A stretch of 61,546 nt of DNA, counting the filler. It is 9 parts of 9 records of this genome, joined end to end, with 100 filler letters (N's around TTAATTAATTAA, not from the genome) between each part and the next. Parts side by side here need not be neighbours in the genome. Positions count along the whole stretch, not along the records: positions 1 to 4,098 come from SRR7504441_6419; positions 4,199 to 13,063 come from SRR7504441_6422; 7 more parts are not named here. One strand, given 5' to 3'. This document shows, piece after piece, positions 1 to 10,155 of this stretch. Made by a program: the position numbers and the translations under genes. Within the stretch, counting starts at the first letter, position 1. Each line of letters starts with the position of its first letter. The notes beneath the pieces are model-generated. The model worked only from the letters and a program-made list of their open reading frames with translations. It had not been told where the DNA came from and did no database searches.

Positions 1-71
1 GGTTGAGCCGCTGACTGCCCCCCAAGGGCTAGTCTGCCGGCGCGTCCTGGGCGGGCAGTGAGCCTGCAGCA

Positions 72-1146
72 ATGGGCGCCTGCGGGTCGACGGAGGCGCT
101 GCAGCAAGACCAAAAGCTCGCGGCGCTGCCGCCAGAGGTCGATCCGCCGGAGCCCCTCTGCCTGGTGGTGCTCCAAGACGGCCAGCCGGACCAGCCGGCC
201 GCGGTCTTGCCCGGGGAGCCGGTGCTGGCCTCATTGAGCCGCGCACTCGGGCACGAGGTGGCCGAGGCCTGGCTCGGGCAGCTCCAGCTGGAGCGCGACG
301 GGTGCTGGGCGGCGCAGGGTGTGGTGGACGGAGCCAGGATCCAAGCGGTGCGGCCGCTGGAGCTACGCGTGCGCCGGAGAGGCGGCGAGCGCGAGACCCC
401 GGTGGTGGTCAGGCAGTGGGAGCCGGTGCTGACCAGCTTGGCCCGGGAGCTCGGAGCTCATGTACACGAAGTGTGGCTGGAGGACCGCAGGCTTGACGGC
501 TCGTGGGGAAGCCAGGCCGTTTGGGACGGCAGCGTGGTGCGCACAGTCGAGGGCTACCTGCGGCCAGCCACCGGGCCCCGCAAGACGAGGGCGTTTCCGC
601 AGGAAGCAGACGAGCCGGTGAAAGTGGCTTTTATCGGAGACGGCGCCGTTGGCAAGACGTCGCTGATTACCAGAATGGTAGACGGCACATACGACGACTC
701 GTGGTACCCGACGAACCAGCGCTGCGATCAGTACGAGCTGAATTTCACAGACCCCGAAACTGGCGTCTCGGATCTGTTTTCCATTGAATGCTGGGACGGG
801 GCCGGTGGAGAGAGTCTGTACCACCTCCGGCAAATAGTGTACACCATCGCGGACATTATGGTTTTGACTATAGCGATCGGGGCTAAGGCAACAACCAGTG
901 CCTGCTGGGCAGCTCAGTCTGTGGCAGGCTTTTGTGTGCACTTCGGCCAAGAGCGGCTACGGGGTGGGATGTTTTCAAAACGATACGGACCAGGTTCAGC
1001 AAGACGCGCTGCTCATTGGCCAAGGCACCACGCTGCTCAAGGAGATCATGCTACTCTGTAACTGCTCAAGTGTCATAGGAATTTATGTGACGGGTGGGGT
1101 GGCAGGCTCAAATGCAAGGCGTAACGTTGAAGCCCCGGAGTTATAA
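72..1146 (+). CDS. Atypical Rho-family small GTPase with N-terminal MGxC acylation motif and two ubiquitin-like repeats; 1 intron
   Basis: G1 GDGAVGKT and a G3-like WDGAGGE. A GC-AG intron at 888-927 joins IAIGAK to AFVCTSAK (G5-like) in ORF 898..1146. Two similar N-terminal blocks (EPVLASL..ALG / EPVLTSL..ELG). No NKxD/TKxD G4 motif is visible. Confidence 0.65.
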
Positions 1147-1230
1147 CCGTAACGTTCGCCAGCATTACGATGAACACATAGGATTGTATCGACGGTATCT
1201 ATAGATTGTGTTGATAATTATTTAAGTGAT

Positions 1231-2406
1231 TCATTCGCTAATCATTGGTAGCCGTTCGAGGCGTGAGTCCATCCACTCGAGTACTTGGTCCCCGAGCTCA
1301 TCCGTGCAGTTGCTGATCAAATCATGCCTCCTCCCCACCATCGGGACCAGCTTCTTATCCCAGGACCCGGCTGCCCTCAGCAACCGCTCGGTGCCTTGGT
1401 ACCGACAAACCTGATCCTCCGGATCGTGCAGCGCCAAAACCGGGAAATCGATCGATTCCGTTCTCTTCCACAGCTCTTGGACCATATCCAGCAGCGTCGC
1501 AGCCGTCCCCAGCCTGATCGGCCTGTGCCAGCCCAGCCCGCCCGGTAGCTCGTAGTCATCGCGCACGCCATACTCGTATTGATCCTCGGGCGATATCCAT
1601 ATCTCGTCGTGTCGGGTGGTGGCGTCAAGCCAGCGCGGCACTGTCAGCCTAGGAAACGCCCAGCTCATCATCCGGAGCAGCGCCAAGAGCCATCCAGTCG
1701 GCACATCCACTTGCACCGCCGGGCACAGCAGTACAGTCCCAGCCAGCTTCAAGCCCGGCTGCTTGGCCAGCCGTGTCCCAAGCAGCGCTGCGATCGCCCC
1801 GCCCAGGCTCTGGCCAAGAATAAACATGGGCGCCGCAGCCACCGCCCCTCTAGCCTCTGGGCTCAGCTCCAGCCGGCACCTCGGTTGGTCGGGCACCCCT
1901 GCACTGAGCAGCCTAACCAGCTCTGTGGCGTCGTCCAGCAAGCTCTCGTAGCTTCTGATCAGTCCCGGGGCGCCGTCCGAGTACCCGTGCCCGCGCAAGT
2001 CGAACGTAAATACAGCCAGGCCGGCCTCCGCGAGCCTCCGGCCCAGCGCCGAGTACGGGGGCCGGTTGATGTGCGCGTGCAGGCCGTGAAGGAGCAAGCA
2101 GCTGCCGCGCGGTTGGCCGGCCGGCAGCCATCGCCGGAGGTGCAATCTGCACCCGTCGCGGGCGGTGAAGAAGAGCTGACCGCGCGGCAGGTTGCGACAG
2201 GCTGGCAGTGGCTCCCGGGGGCGCCATCCGACGGCCGAGACCAGGCGGTACAGCAGCCCGTGGAGCCAGCGGAGGAGCGCGGCCGCTCGGCCCTCGGAGG
2301 GCTGGCCGGGCTGGGGGCCGGGCTCGGGGCGGGGCTGGAGCTCGGGAGAGCCGGAAGGGGTCCAGTCCGAGTCTGACTCGACCGCGGGGCCTTGCTCACG
2401 GGCCAT
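1231..2406 (-). CDS. Alpha/beta hydrolase, monoacylglycerol lipase/lysophospholipase (Hydrolase_4) family
   Basis: LLHGLHAH, FDLRGHGYSDG, nucleophile elbow GQSLGG, acid HDPEDQVC, His RRHDL; intronless 391-aa ORF. Confidence 0.9.
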   Translation of the reverse strand: MAREQGPAVESDSDWTPSGSPELQPRPEPGPQPGQPSEGRAAALLRWLHGLLYRLVSAVGWRPREPLPACRNLPRGQLFFTARDGCRLHLRRWLPAGQPRGSCLLLHGLHAHINRPPYSALGRRLAEAGLAVFTFDLRGHGYSDGAPGLIRSYESLLDDATELVRLLSAGVPDQPRCRLELSPEARGAVAAAPMFILGQSLGGAIAALLGTRLAKQPGLKLAGTVLLCPAVQVDVPTGWLLALLRMMSWAFPRLTVPRWLDATTRHDEIWISPEDQYEYGVRDDYELPGGLGWHRPIRLGTAATLLDMVQELWKRTESIDFPVLALHDPEDQVCRYQGTERLLRAAGSWDKKLVPMVGRRHDLISNCTDELGDQVLEWMDSRLERLPMISE

Positions 2407-2532
2407 GACAGCCGCCTTGGGTTCGCTGAAGATGGACGGCTGTGAGCAAAGGAAAATGCTGTAATGCCGTTAGTCCGGATCCGGCCGGAGCCAGTACGGT
2501 GAGTGTTGGTGATCAGCCGCCACGGGTGCGGG

Positions 2533-3546
2533 ATGCGACAGTTTGTGGTGGATCTGGAGCTCCCGCCAGACCAACGGTGGGCCGAGCTGGTCGGGGCGTT
2601 CAAGCCGCAGATTCAGCAGCTGTGCGCGATGCAGGCCCGGGCGTCCGACGAGCTGGCCCGTGCCAACGACCCGATGGGTGCCATGCTGGGGCGAGAGGCG
2701 CCAAGGCTGCTCGACCGGCTCACCCCGGAGATGGCGGCCGAGATGCGGGCGGTGGCCGGGCTGGCGGAGGTGCCGCTGCTGGCCCTGGCCATGCTGCACC
2801 TAAACTACGAGGCCTGCTGCGGCTGCACCGCGATCGGGACTTGCGACGGCCTGCTCGCCCGCTCACTGGACTGGGAGCTGCCCCCGCTGGCCGCGCTGAA
2901 CGTCCAGCTGGAGATGCACCGGGCCGGCCAGCTGCTTTACCGGCAGGTCAGCTGGGCAGGCTACCTGGGTGTGCTCACCGCAGTCCGGCCCGGTCAGTCA
3001 GCCCTGGCGCTCAATTTCCGGCTGGGGCCGGTGGCGGCCGAGCACCCGGAGGCGGTGCCGGTGGGCTTGGCGGCGCGGGCGGTTGTGGAGGCGGCGGAGG
3101 ACTACGAGCAGCTGTGTCGGGGGCTGTCAGGGGTGACCACGATGGCAGGGTTTTACGCAATGGTGTTGGGCCCGAGTGGTGAGGGCTGCGTGATAACCCG
3201 GGGGAGCTGCGGAGAGGACGGGCCGAGGGCTGAGCTGTGCGCGGGCGGGTACATCGTGCAGGCGAATATGGACTGGTGGACTGAGTCCGATAAGCAAACG
3301 GAAGACTCGCAAGAGAGCAGACCAAGGCTAAGAGTGTGCCATAGAGCCATGAAAGCGCTCGGCGGGAGGCCGGCCAGTAGGGGGGAGCTGTGGGGGCTGC
3401 TGCAGCAAAAGCCGGTGTTCGAGCGAGGGGTCACCTTGTACTGCTGCCTGATGCACGTGCCCAGCGGCGAGCTAGAAGTGGACTCGAGCCCTACTGGGAG
3501 TGGTGGCAGGCACACCAAGAACAAGCGGAAAAAGACACGCAAGTGA
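2533..3546 (+). CDS. Acid ceramidase/NAAA-like Ntn hydrolase
   Basis: FVVDLELPPDQRW N-terminal motif, YE..CGCTAI autocleavage Cys, ARSLDW, WAGYLGVLT, LNFR, GCVITR, VQANMDWW. First ATG at 2533, no signal peptide, basic C-terminal tail. Confidence 0.85.
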   Translation: MRQFVVDLELPPDQRWAELVGAFKPQIQQLCAMQARASDELARANDPMGAMLGREAPRLLDRLTPEMAAEMRAVAGLAEVPLLALAMLHLNYEACCGCTAIGTCDGLLARSLDWELPPLAALNVQLEMHRAGQLLYRQVSWAGYLGVLTAVRPGQSALALNFRLGPVAAEHPEAVPVGLAARAVVEAAEDYEQLCRGLSGVTTMAGFYAMVLGPSGEGCVITRGSCGEDGPRAELCAGGYIVQANMDWWTESDKQTEDSQESRPRLRVCHRAMKALGGRPASRGELWGLLQQKPVFERGVTLYCCLMHVPSGELEVDSSPTGSGGRHTKNKRKKTRK

Positions 3547-3626
3547 AGCGGGTACAATGTCATGCCATGCATGGCGTACTTATTACTACCATAGCCTTAG
3601 AATTAAAGCATACGCGCTGCATGATA

Positions 3627-4098
3627 CTATCTGCCTTTCTTCCCTCGCCTGCCGTTATTAATCTTGCCCCCCTTGGTGCTTCGGCCACCACCGCGCCCCT
3701 TGCCACCTCCCTTTGCCCGCTTGCCACCTCTCTCGGGCTGCCCCCCTTGCTGGGCCACCACGCTCAGGACGGCTTCAAAGTCGTCTTGCTCCTGCTGCTT
3801 GTTCCAACGCTCGTGTCCGCAGCTCATACAGCGCTGCAGGATCCTGTTGAACCCCTTCTTGGTGTCGACCGCTATGGGCGCCATCAGGCCCTGGCAGCTG
3901 GCTGCCCGATCCCCCGGGTTGACGTCAACGTGCTTGGACCAGAGGCAGGCCGAGCAGTGGTTGGTGTAGCCGTGAGTGCCCTCTTCAGTGTGTCCACAGT
4001 TCTCGCACACAAAATCCTCAAGGTGCCGCTGGAACCGCTTGCCCTCGGCCACACCTGAGCCAGCTCCCGGTGTCACAGCCCTCACATCGGCCTCATCC
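3627..4098 (-). CDS. RNHCP-domain (Cys/His metal-binding) protein, 5' part lost at contig end
   Basis: FVCENCG...GYTNHCSACLWSKHVDVNPGDRAASCQGLMAP...CMSCG matches the RNHCP family pattern; Gly/Lys/Arg-rich tail; frame is open to the linker. Confidence 0.8.
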
Positions 4099-4198
4099 NN
4101 NNNNNNNNNNNNNNNNNNNNNNNNNNNNNNNNNNNNNNNNNNTTAATTAATTAANNNNNNNNNNNNNNNNNNNNNNNNNNNNNNNNNNNNNNNNNNNN
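4099..4198. other. Artificial contig-joining linker
   Basis: 44 N + TTAATTAATTAA (stops in all six frames) + 44 N. Confidence 0.98.
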
Positions 4199-7058
4199 AT
4201 TCCCGGTACAGTGGAGCGACGTTCACCAACGTGTCGCTGCACGAGTATGCGTTGTTCACTGCCGTGGAGCAAGATGTCCATGGACCTGCCTGCTGCCTGA
4301 CATGGAAAGCTCGTCTAACTTCCTCTCGGTTGAGATATGTTGTCATGTAGAGATCAGAGCAAGCTTCAGTGCCACCGACCAAGAAGCTCCTCTGCGCCCC
4401 ACTTGTTCCGGTAGAGTTCAGAAGGCAGACGTCGCTGTAGTAGTTGTAGAGAGAGAGCAGACCAGCCTTGTTGCCGCTCTGCTGCATCCATTTGTCGACC
4501 AGCTCGGCACACTTGTCAGAGACACCCCGCGGGCAGCCGTTGCCGTCTATTCCCAAGTCCTTGCTGAAGTCACACTCCCGCTCCATGGAATGCCAAAGAG
4601 ACTCCTCTACTATTGTATGTGTATAGCCTGCCTCAAACCAAGCAAAGTTGGTCTGGTTGATGTCAACTACCCCATTCCCGATCAAAACGCCACCTAAACT
4701 CGCGCAAAGGTCCGACTCCACGCTGGATATGGTGGTTGCCAGCTGTATGGTAAAATGACCTGCGTACGATTCACCCGCTACGTAAATACTTCTATTGCAT
4801 AGCCATGGATACTCTCGAAACAACTTCCGCAGCGCCTCGAGACTGTCAAGAGCCGTCTGCTTATCGTTAGCCCATGTGCTATTTGGAGGGCCTCGTGAGT
4901 AGGAATAGCCACTGCCAGCAGGCCGGTCTAAGTACAATACATGCCCGAGCCGATTTAGACTGTAGGGATTCCGTTTGAGAGGTCCTTGGCCAGTTGGAAG
5001 AAATGGCCCGTTTTCAGTGAGAGCACCGATCAGAGAGCTGCATCCATTGCCTCCCTGGAGCCAGATAATGAGCGGTACATTTCCTTCCTCCTTGTCTGTT
5101 TGGCTGGAGTGCACAAGCAAGTAAAAGAGGGATCGTTCTCCCTTTGCAACGTCTGCATATCCGGAGAACATTGGTGCGTGATCCCCTGGAGGCAGCCCTG
5201 GGAGTTGTCGCACTAGGGTTTCATCCGAGGCTGATCTAGACACCTGCGCAGGTGCCACACCCTGGTAGGCGCTGTGCAAGTTTTCAAAGCTAGAGTCGAT
5301 TGGCTGCAAACCTACGCTATGCTGCTGCAGTACAAATGGCAGATTCCCGTTGTACTCGAGACTTGAATGGAAATTCGATAGATTGAAGTTGCTGCCAAGC
5401 CTCAGCTGCTCAGCCTGGCTGTACCCAAACAACTGGACCTTCCCAATAACATACGACAGGCCCTGCGCCGGTGCTGCCAGCCTCGCCAGCACCTCGCTGG
5501 ATGCCTCAGCGGCCGACATCGGGACTTGCTTCTCAAAGTATTCGATTGCTTCTTGCACTGAAACAACCCCCGTCGCCAGCCCTACATCCGCCTCGACACG
5601 AATCGCCCGCAGCCGCATGAACTCAAACATGGTCTCGCGCAGCCGAGGCTGGTCGTCAAACAGCCCGGCCTGCAGCAGCAGCTCCTCAAAGTAGTAAGCC
5701 AGCCCTTCGTTCGCGATCGAGTCCAGCCAGTGCCGGCGTGCCTCCCTCGGGTTCCGCCAGCTGTGCCGGAATTGCGTCCAATGGCCCGGTATGCCCTCGT
5801 GGACGATCACAGGGCGTGGATCCCTTGCCAGAGAATCAAGGAAGAACGGAAGGCCCGGCCGCGGTGGCGGCAAGTAGCGCATGAAATTCAGCCCGTGCCC
5901 TTGCCGACTCTCTGCAGCTGATGTAAAATCGTCCTCCTCGCCTAAACTCGAGTAGCTGAAAGGGGCCAGCCACGGAGGGATACTGGAAACCCTATACCCG
6001 GCTGTGCCAAACCAGCTGGGGAGGTCCAGGATCCCGTTCTCACTTAGGAATCGCTTGATCTTCTCCGACATCCGAGCAGTGCCATTCACTTGGCTCGCCA
6101 GACTTGGCGCCAACGGCAGCCGTGGCGGCAGCCCTGCCGCGTCATTGACTGCTTTCTGGACCGCAAGCATGGCCTGCGACCGTGCCAGCTGCTGCCTGCC
6201 AATCTGGGTGAGCTCGGCGGTGCTCAAGTTGACAAAAGAGACGTGTTGCAGGAACCAGCGGTACTTAGCCTCTCCCACCGCCGAACTGGCGTTACTCCAC
6301 CGCCGCGCTTCCAAGTCGAGGCGCACAAATGCCGTCAGCTCAGCGAGCGCACTGGCACTCTGGTTGGCCGCTTCGGTCAGCGCGGCGCTGGTTGCCGGGC
6401 TGAGCTCCGCAGCAGCGACCACTGCCGCCACCGCGTCTCGCATATGCTGGCCGAGCGGCGAGCTGCCGTGGCTTTGGTTGTACCCGACACTCTGCAGGTA
6501 GAGCTGGCCGAGCTGGGCAGTGGGCTCCCCCCGCTCCAGGTTGGCCCGGCCATCCCGCAGCACGGCCGGGGCCGCCCGGAGCCGCGGTAGCAGACAGCCG
6601 GAGACAGCCTGCTCGTGCCAGCCGGCGCGGCAGGTCACCAGGCAGTCCCACAGCCCGCCGTAGGCCTGCTGCAGGTAAAACCCGGGGTCGCGCCATTGGG
6701 GCGCGAACACGTGCAGCTCCCAATACACCCGGGCCAGCCCAGAGCTCAGCGCCCAGTAGTCGGCCTGGTCGGCCGGAGCCCAGTGCTCGAACGGCGGCCG
6801 CGTCGTGCGGAGCTGCCGCAGCTCGAGCACCCACCGCTCGTAGGCCACTTCGGCCTGGGCAAAGGCCTGGCGCGAGACGTTGGGCGCCCAGCCGGGTGGC
6901 CGGACTACAGCGGTCCTCGGCAGGTCGTCGCTCGTGATCGGGGCCGTCACAGACCGCCAGCGCCAGAATTGGACCGCGAGGGCGTTGAGAGCGGCGGTGG
7001 GGGCCTCGGACGGAGCGCCTGCGGCGGCCGTGACCAGCAGCAGCGTGAGCAACAACAT
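4199..7058 (-). CDS. Secreted fusion of DUF885-family domain and serine carboxypeptidase S10 (3' truncated)
   Basis: Signal peptide MLLLTLLLVTAAAG. DUF885-type HEGIPGH, NEGLAYYFE and PAQGLSYVIGK. S10 motifs WLQGGNGCSS, LDRPAGSGYSY and AGESYAG. One open frame throughout. Confidence 0.85.
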
Positions 7059-7106
7059 TCCCCGAGGGGGCTCGTTTTTCCGTTAGACTCCGGCCCTGAT
7101 CGAGGC

Positions 7107-8884
7107 ATGATCGTCGTGGGGCTCGTCGTCGCGCTGCTCGCGGTTGGGTTGTACTTCCGGTGGCGGCGCCAGCCCAAGACGGTCGGGTTCTTCCACCCGT
7201 ACAGCGACGACGGCGGTGGCGGCGAGCGGGTGCTATGGTCCGCCGCCCGCCCCCCGGCCCGCCAACCCGCCGGCAGGTGCGCGATCGCGGCCATCCACCG
7301 GGCCAACCCAGGGGTGCGGGTGGTGGTCTTCACCGCCCCGCCGCGCGACGGCCGGCTCTCCGAGGAGGCAATACTCCGCCGGGCCCAGGCAGCGGCTCGC
7401 CCGGCCGGGCCGCCAGCCGGGGAGACAGGACCGGTTCGCCCTCAAAGTGACCGGCCGCGTCGAGTTCGTCTGGCTGTCACAGCGGCGCTGGGTGGAGGCG
7501 AGCAGGCGGCTGGCCGGTTCGGGCTGGGGGCTGACGGCTGGGCAGCTGGCCTCGGCTGACGATGCTCGGTCAGTCGGCAGGATCGGTTTGGCTCGGGCTG
7601 GAGGCGCTGACCAAGCTTACGCCCGAGTGCTTCGTCGGTGCGGCCGGCCGGGCCGAGCGGGCCGAGCCGCCGGGCAGACACGATGGGGTACGCGTTCACC
7701 CTGCCGCTGGCCCGCTGGCTGTGCGGATGCTCTGTAGGGGCCTATGTGCACTACCCCACGATCAGGTGTCGGGCGGCGAGGCCCTGGCGAGCCCAAAGGC
7801 AGCTCGGACATGCAGGAGATGGTCTCGTCCGGCAAGCGGGCCCACAACAACCAGTCCGGGGTCGCGGGCTCCCGGGTGCGCACCCAAGCCAAGCTCATCT
7901 ACTACTCAGTCTTCAAGGCACGGAGCCTCCCGCGCCGCCAATCACCCCGGGGCAGCTCCTGTACTCGCTGGCGGGCCGGCACGCTCGGGCAGTGATGGTC
8001 AACTCGTCCTGGACCGCCGGGCACATCCGCAAGCTCTGGGGCGGCCGGCCGCGCACCGTGTTCCCTCCCTGCAATACGGACGAGTTCGCGGCCCTCGAAA
8101 TCAGCCATGAGCGGCGGGCCGAGCTGATCATCTCGATCGGCCAGTTCCGGCCGGAAAAGGACCACCCGCTCCAGGTCGAGGCGTTCGGCCGGCTGGTCCG
8201 CAGACACCCTGGTGCGCCCCGCGGGTGGTGTGGTGTGCGGACCGGCTCGGCAGAACGGGCCAAGGGACTTAAGCTGGCGCTGATCGGGAGTGTTCGGAAT
8301 GAACAGGACGAGAAGCGAGTGGCCGGTCTGCGGGCGCAAGCCGAGGCGCTGGGCGTGGCTGGGCAGGCGGTCGCTGGGCTGTGCTGGGGCGAGCTGCAGG
8401 CAGGTAGAGTTTCGGCTGAATGTGCCGTTTGGAGAGCTCAAGGCTGCGTTTGAGCAAGCCTCGGCCGGGCTGCACACCATGTGGAATGAACACTTTGGTG
8501 CGCGGAGAGCCAGTGCCGGCGGCCAGCTGGGGCGGCAGGGATAGGCGTGGTTGAGATGATGGCGGCCGGAGTGCTGGTGATTGCGCACAACTCGGGCGGG
8601 CCCAAAATGGACATTGTGGCCCCAGAGTGCGGCTTCCTCGCCGCAACGGTGCGCGCGGCTAATCCAATCGCTGATGTTTGACACAGGCCGATGAGTATGC
8701 CGACGCGATGGAGAAGATCTTCTTTGGAATGAACTCGGCGGAGAGGAACAAGGTGCCGGCCACACACTCGGCCACGGACAGGCCGCGGCAGATGGCAGCC
8801 GCAGCACGCAAGTCGACGGAGCGGTTTGGCGATCGCGAGTTCCAAGATCAGTTTGTGGTGGCTGTGGCTGCTGGGCTGGACTGA
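7107..8884 (+). CDS. ALG11: GDP-Man:Man3GlcNAc2-PP-Dol alpha-1,2-mannosyltransferase, 11 tiny introns
   Basis: [79 protein letters not shown]. Frames are reconciled by introns such as 7238-7276, 7389-7428, 7506-7545, 7638-7677, 7766-7802, 7918-7955 and 8367-8403. Confidence 0.95.
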
Positions 8885-9191
8885 GTCTGGAGGTGGCAGG
8901 ACGTGCTGACTCCGATCCTGCCTTCGAATTAAGGAATCACGTGGGCAATTAATTAGTTCGATCCCGCTTGATGCCGCAGCTGAGGCCATGATGTGGAATT
9001 ATTTGTGCCATAATCCAAGCACGTTAGTATTACGAATCTGTAACGAATCTCTACACAGCAGTGAGGCCATAATATGAAGTTCTTTGTCGAACCTTGAACC
9101 AAAAACATTAATTAATTAAAAATTATTGCGATCCACCCAACGATCCAACAACAATTAATTAATACCCTCTTTACCCATAATGTCATGCCCA

Positions 9192-10064
9192 CTAATGCCC
9201 ATAATGCCCATAAGTGTGATTGTGCTGAGCTTGCGTCATGATAGCCCGCGTCTGCGATGCTTGAAACATGTTACTTGCTGCTTGCTGAGCTTGAGCGTGC
9301 TGCGGGACCTCAACAAAGCCGTCACCGCTGGGGTCGGGTCGTCTGCCGCCCAGATCGGCGATGACACCCAGGAGCTTGGTCCGCTTGATCTTGCTGCTGA
9401 CGCCCACCTCCTCGAGCATTTCGTGGTCCATCTGCAGCAGCAGCTTGCCGTCGACTTCGGCGTCACGGAACAGCTGGGGGTCAAGCCCTTGGGCCGAGGC
9501 CCAGTTGCACACGTCATCAACGGTCATCGCAGCAGGGTCTCCTGGTACAATCCCACCCCCGCCGCCTGGTGGCTCTGTGGCGCTTTTGAGGGGTGGTGCA
9601 TCCCTGCAGATGGCAGCCACGTTGGCCTCGATAAATGCCTTCATTGTATTGAGCTGCATGTTGAAGTGTTTCTGAAAGAGGCCCATCTGGGGTCCGTCCA
9701 CGGAGATACCCAGCTCGACGTTACCGTTGGGCAGCTCTTTTGTTGTGAATGTGATCCGAATCCCGGACGAGTTACACACGATTCGAGCAAGGGGTTCAAG
9801 CTGGACCACTTCAGTGACCTCCGGCCCTCCCATACCGTTGACTCCTTTAAACACCGTCCCCACACCGTACCGGTCCACAAAGGCTTTCCCTGGCGGGCAG
9901 GGCGTCACGGAGTAGGCGATCGAAATGTTGGCATACTTGGGCTGATAGAGATCAACTTTGAGGCAGACCATGAAGCAAGCGTGCAGCGTGTCTGGCCCCT
10001 GTGCAGAGACTACCACCGTCCCCCCTGCGTGGCTCTTCACCAACGTCCCCCCTCCGCAGCCCAT
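9192..10064 (-). CDS. MGC-acylated protein with SRPBCC/START-like N-domain and C-terminal SAM domain
   Basis: Probable start MGCGGG at 10064; SAM pattern MTVDDVCNW..GL...FRDAEVDGKLLL...LEEVGV..KIKRTKLL. The SRPBCC-like call is weaker. Confidence 0.7.
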   Translation of the reverse strand: MGCGGGTLVKSHAGGTVVVSAQGPDTLHACFMVCLKVDLYQPKYANISIAYSVTPCPPGKAFVDRYGVGTVFKGVNGMGGPEVTEVVQLEPLARIVCNSSGIRITFTTKELPNGNVELGISVDGPQMGLFQKHFNMQLNTMKAFIEANVAAICRDAPPLKSATEPPGGGGGIVPGDPAAMTVDDVCNWASAQGLDPQLFRDAEVDGKLLLQMDHEMLEEVGVSSKIKRTKLLGVIADLGGRRPDPSGDGFVEVPQHAQAQQAASNMFQASQTRAIMTQAQHNHTYGHYGH

Positions 10065-10155
10065 TGCCGGGATGGGAGCCGGAGGCCTTGCAGCGCAGAT
10101 GACTGAGATGAGGCCTGCCGTTACTGAGATCTTCCGTTTCAACGGCTTGACACAC

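Noticed and set aside
7107-8884. Apparent frameshifts and stops suggesting pseudogenes, programmed frameshifting or an alternative genetic code
   Set aside because: All are resolved by short GT/GC-AG introns that restore conserved motifs under the standard code.
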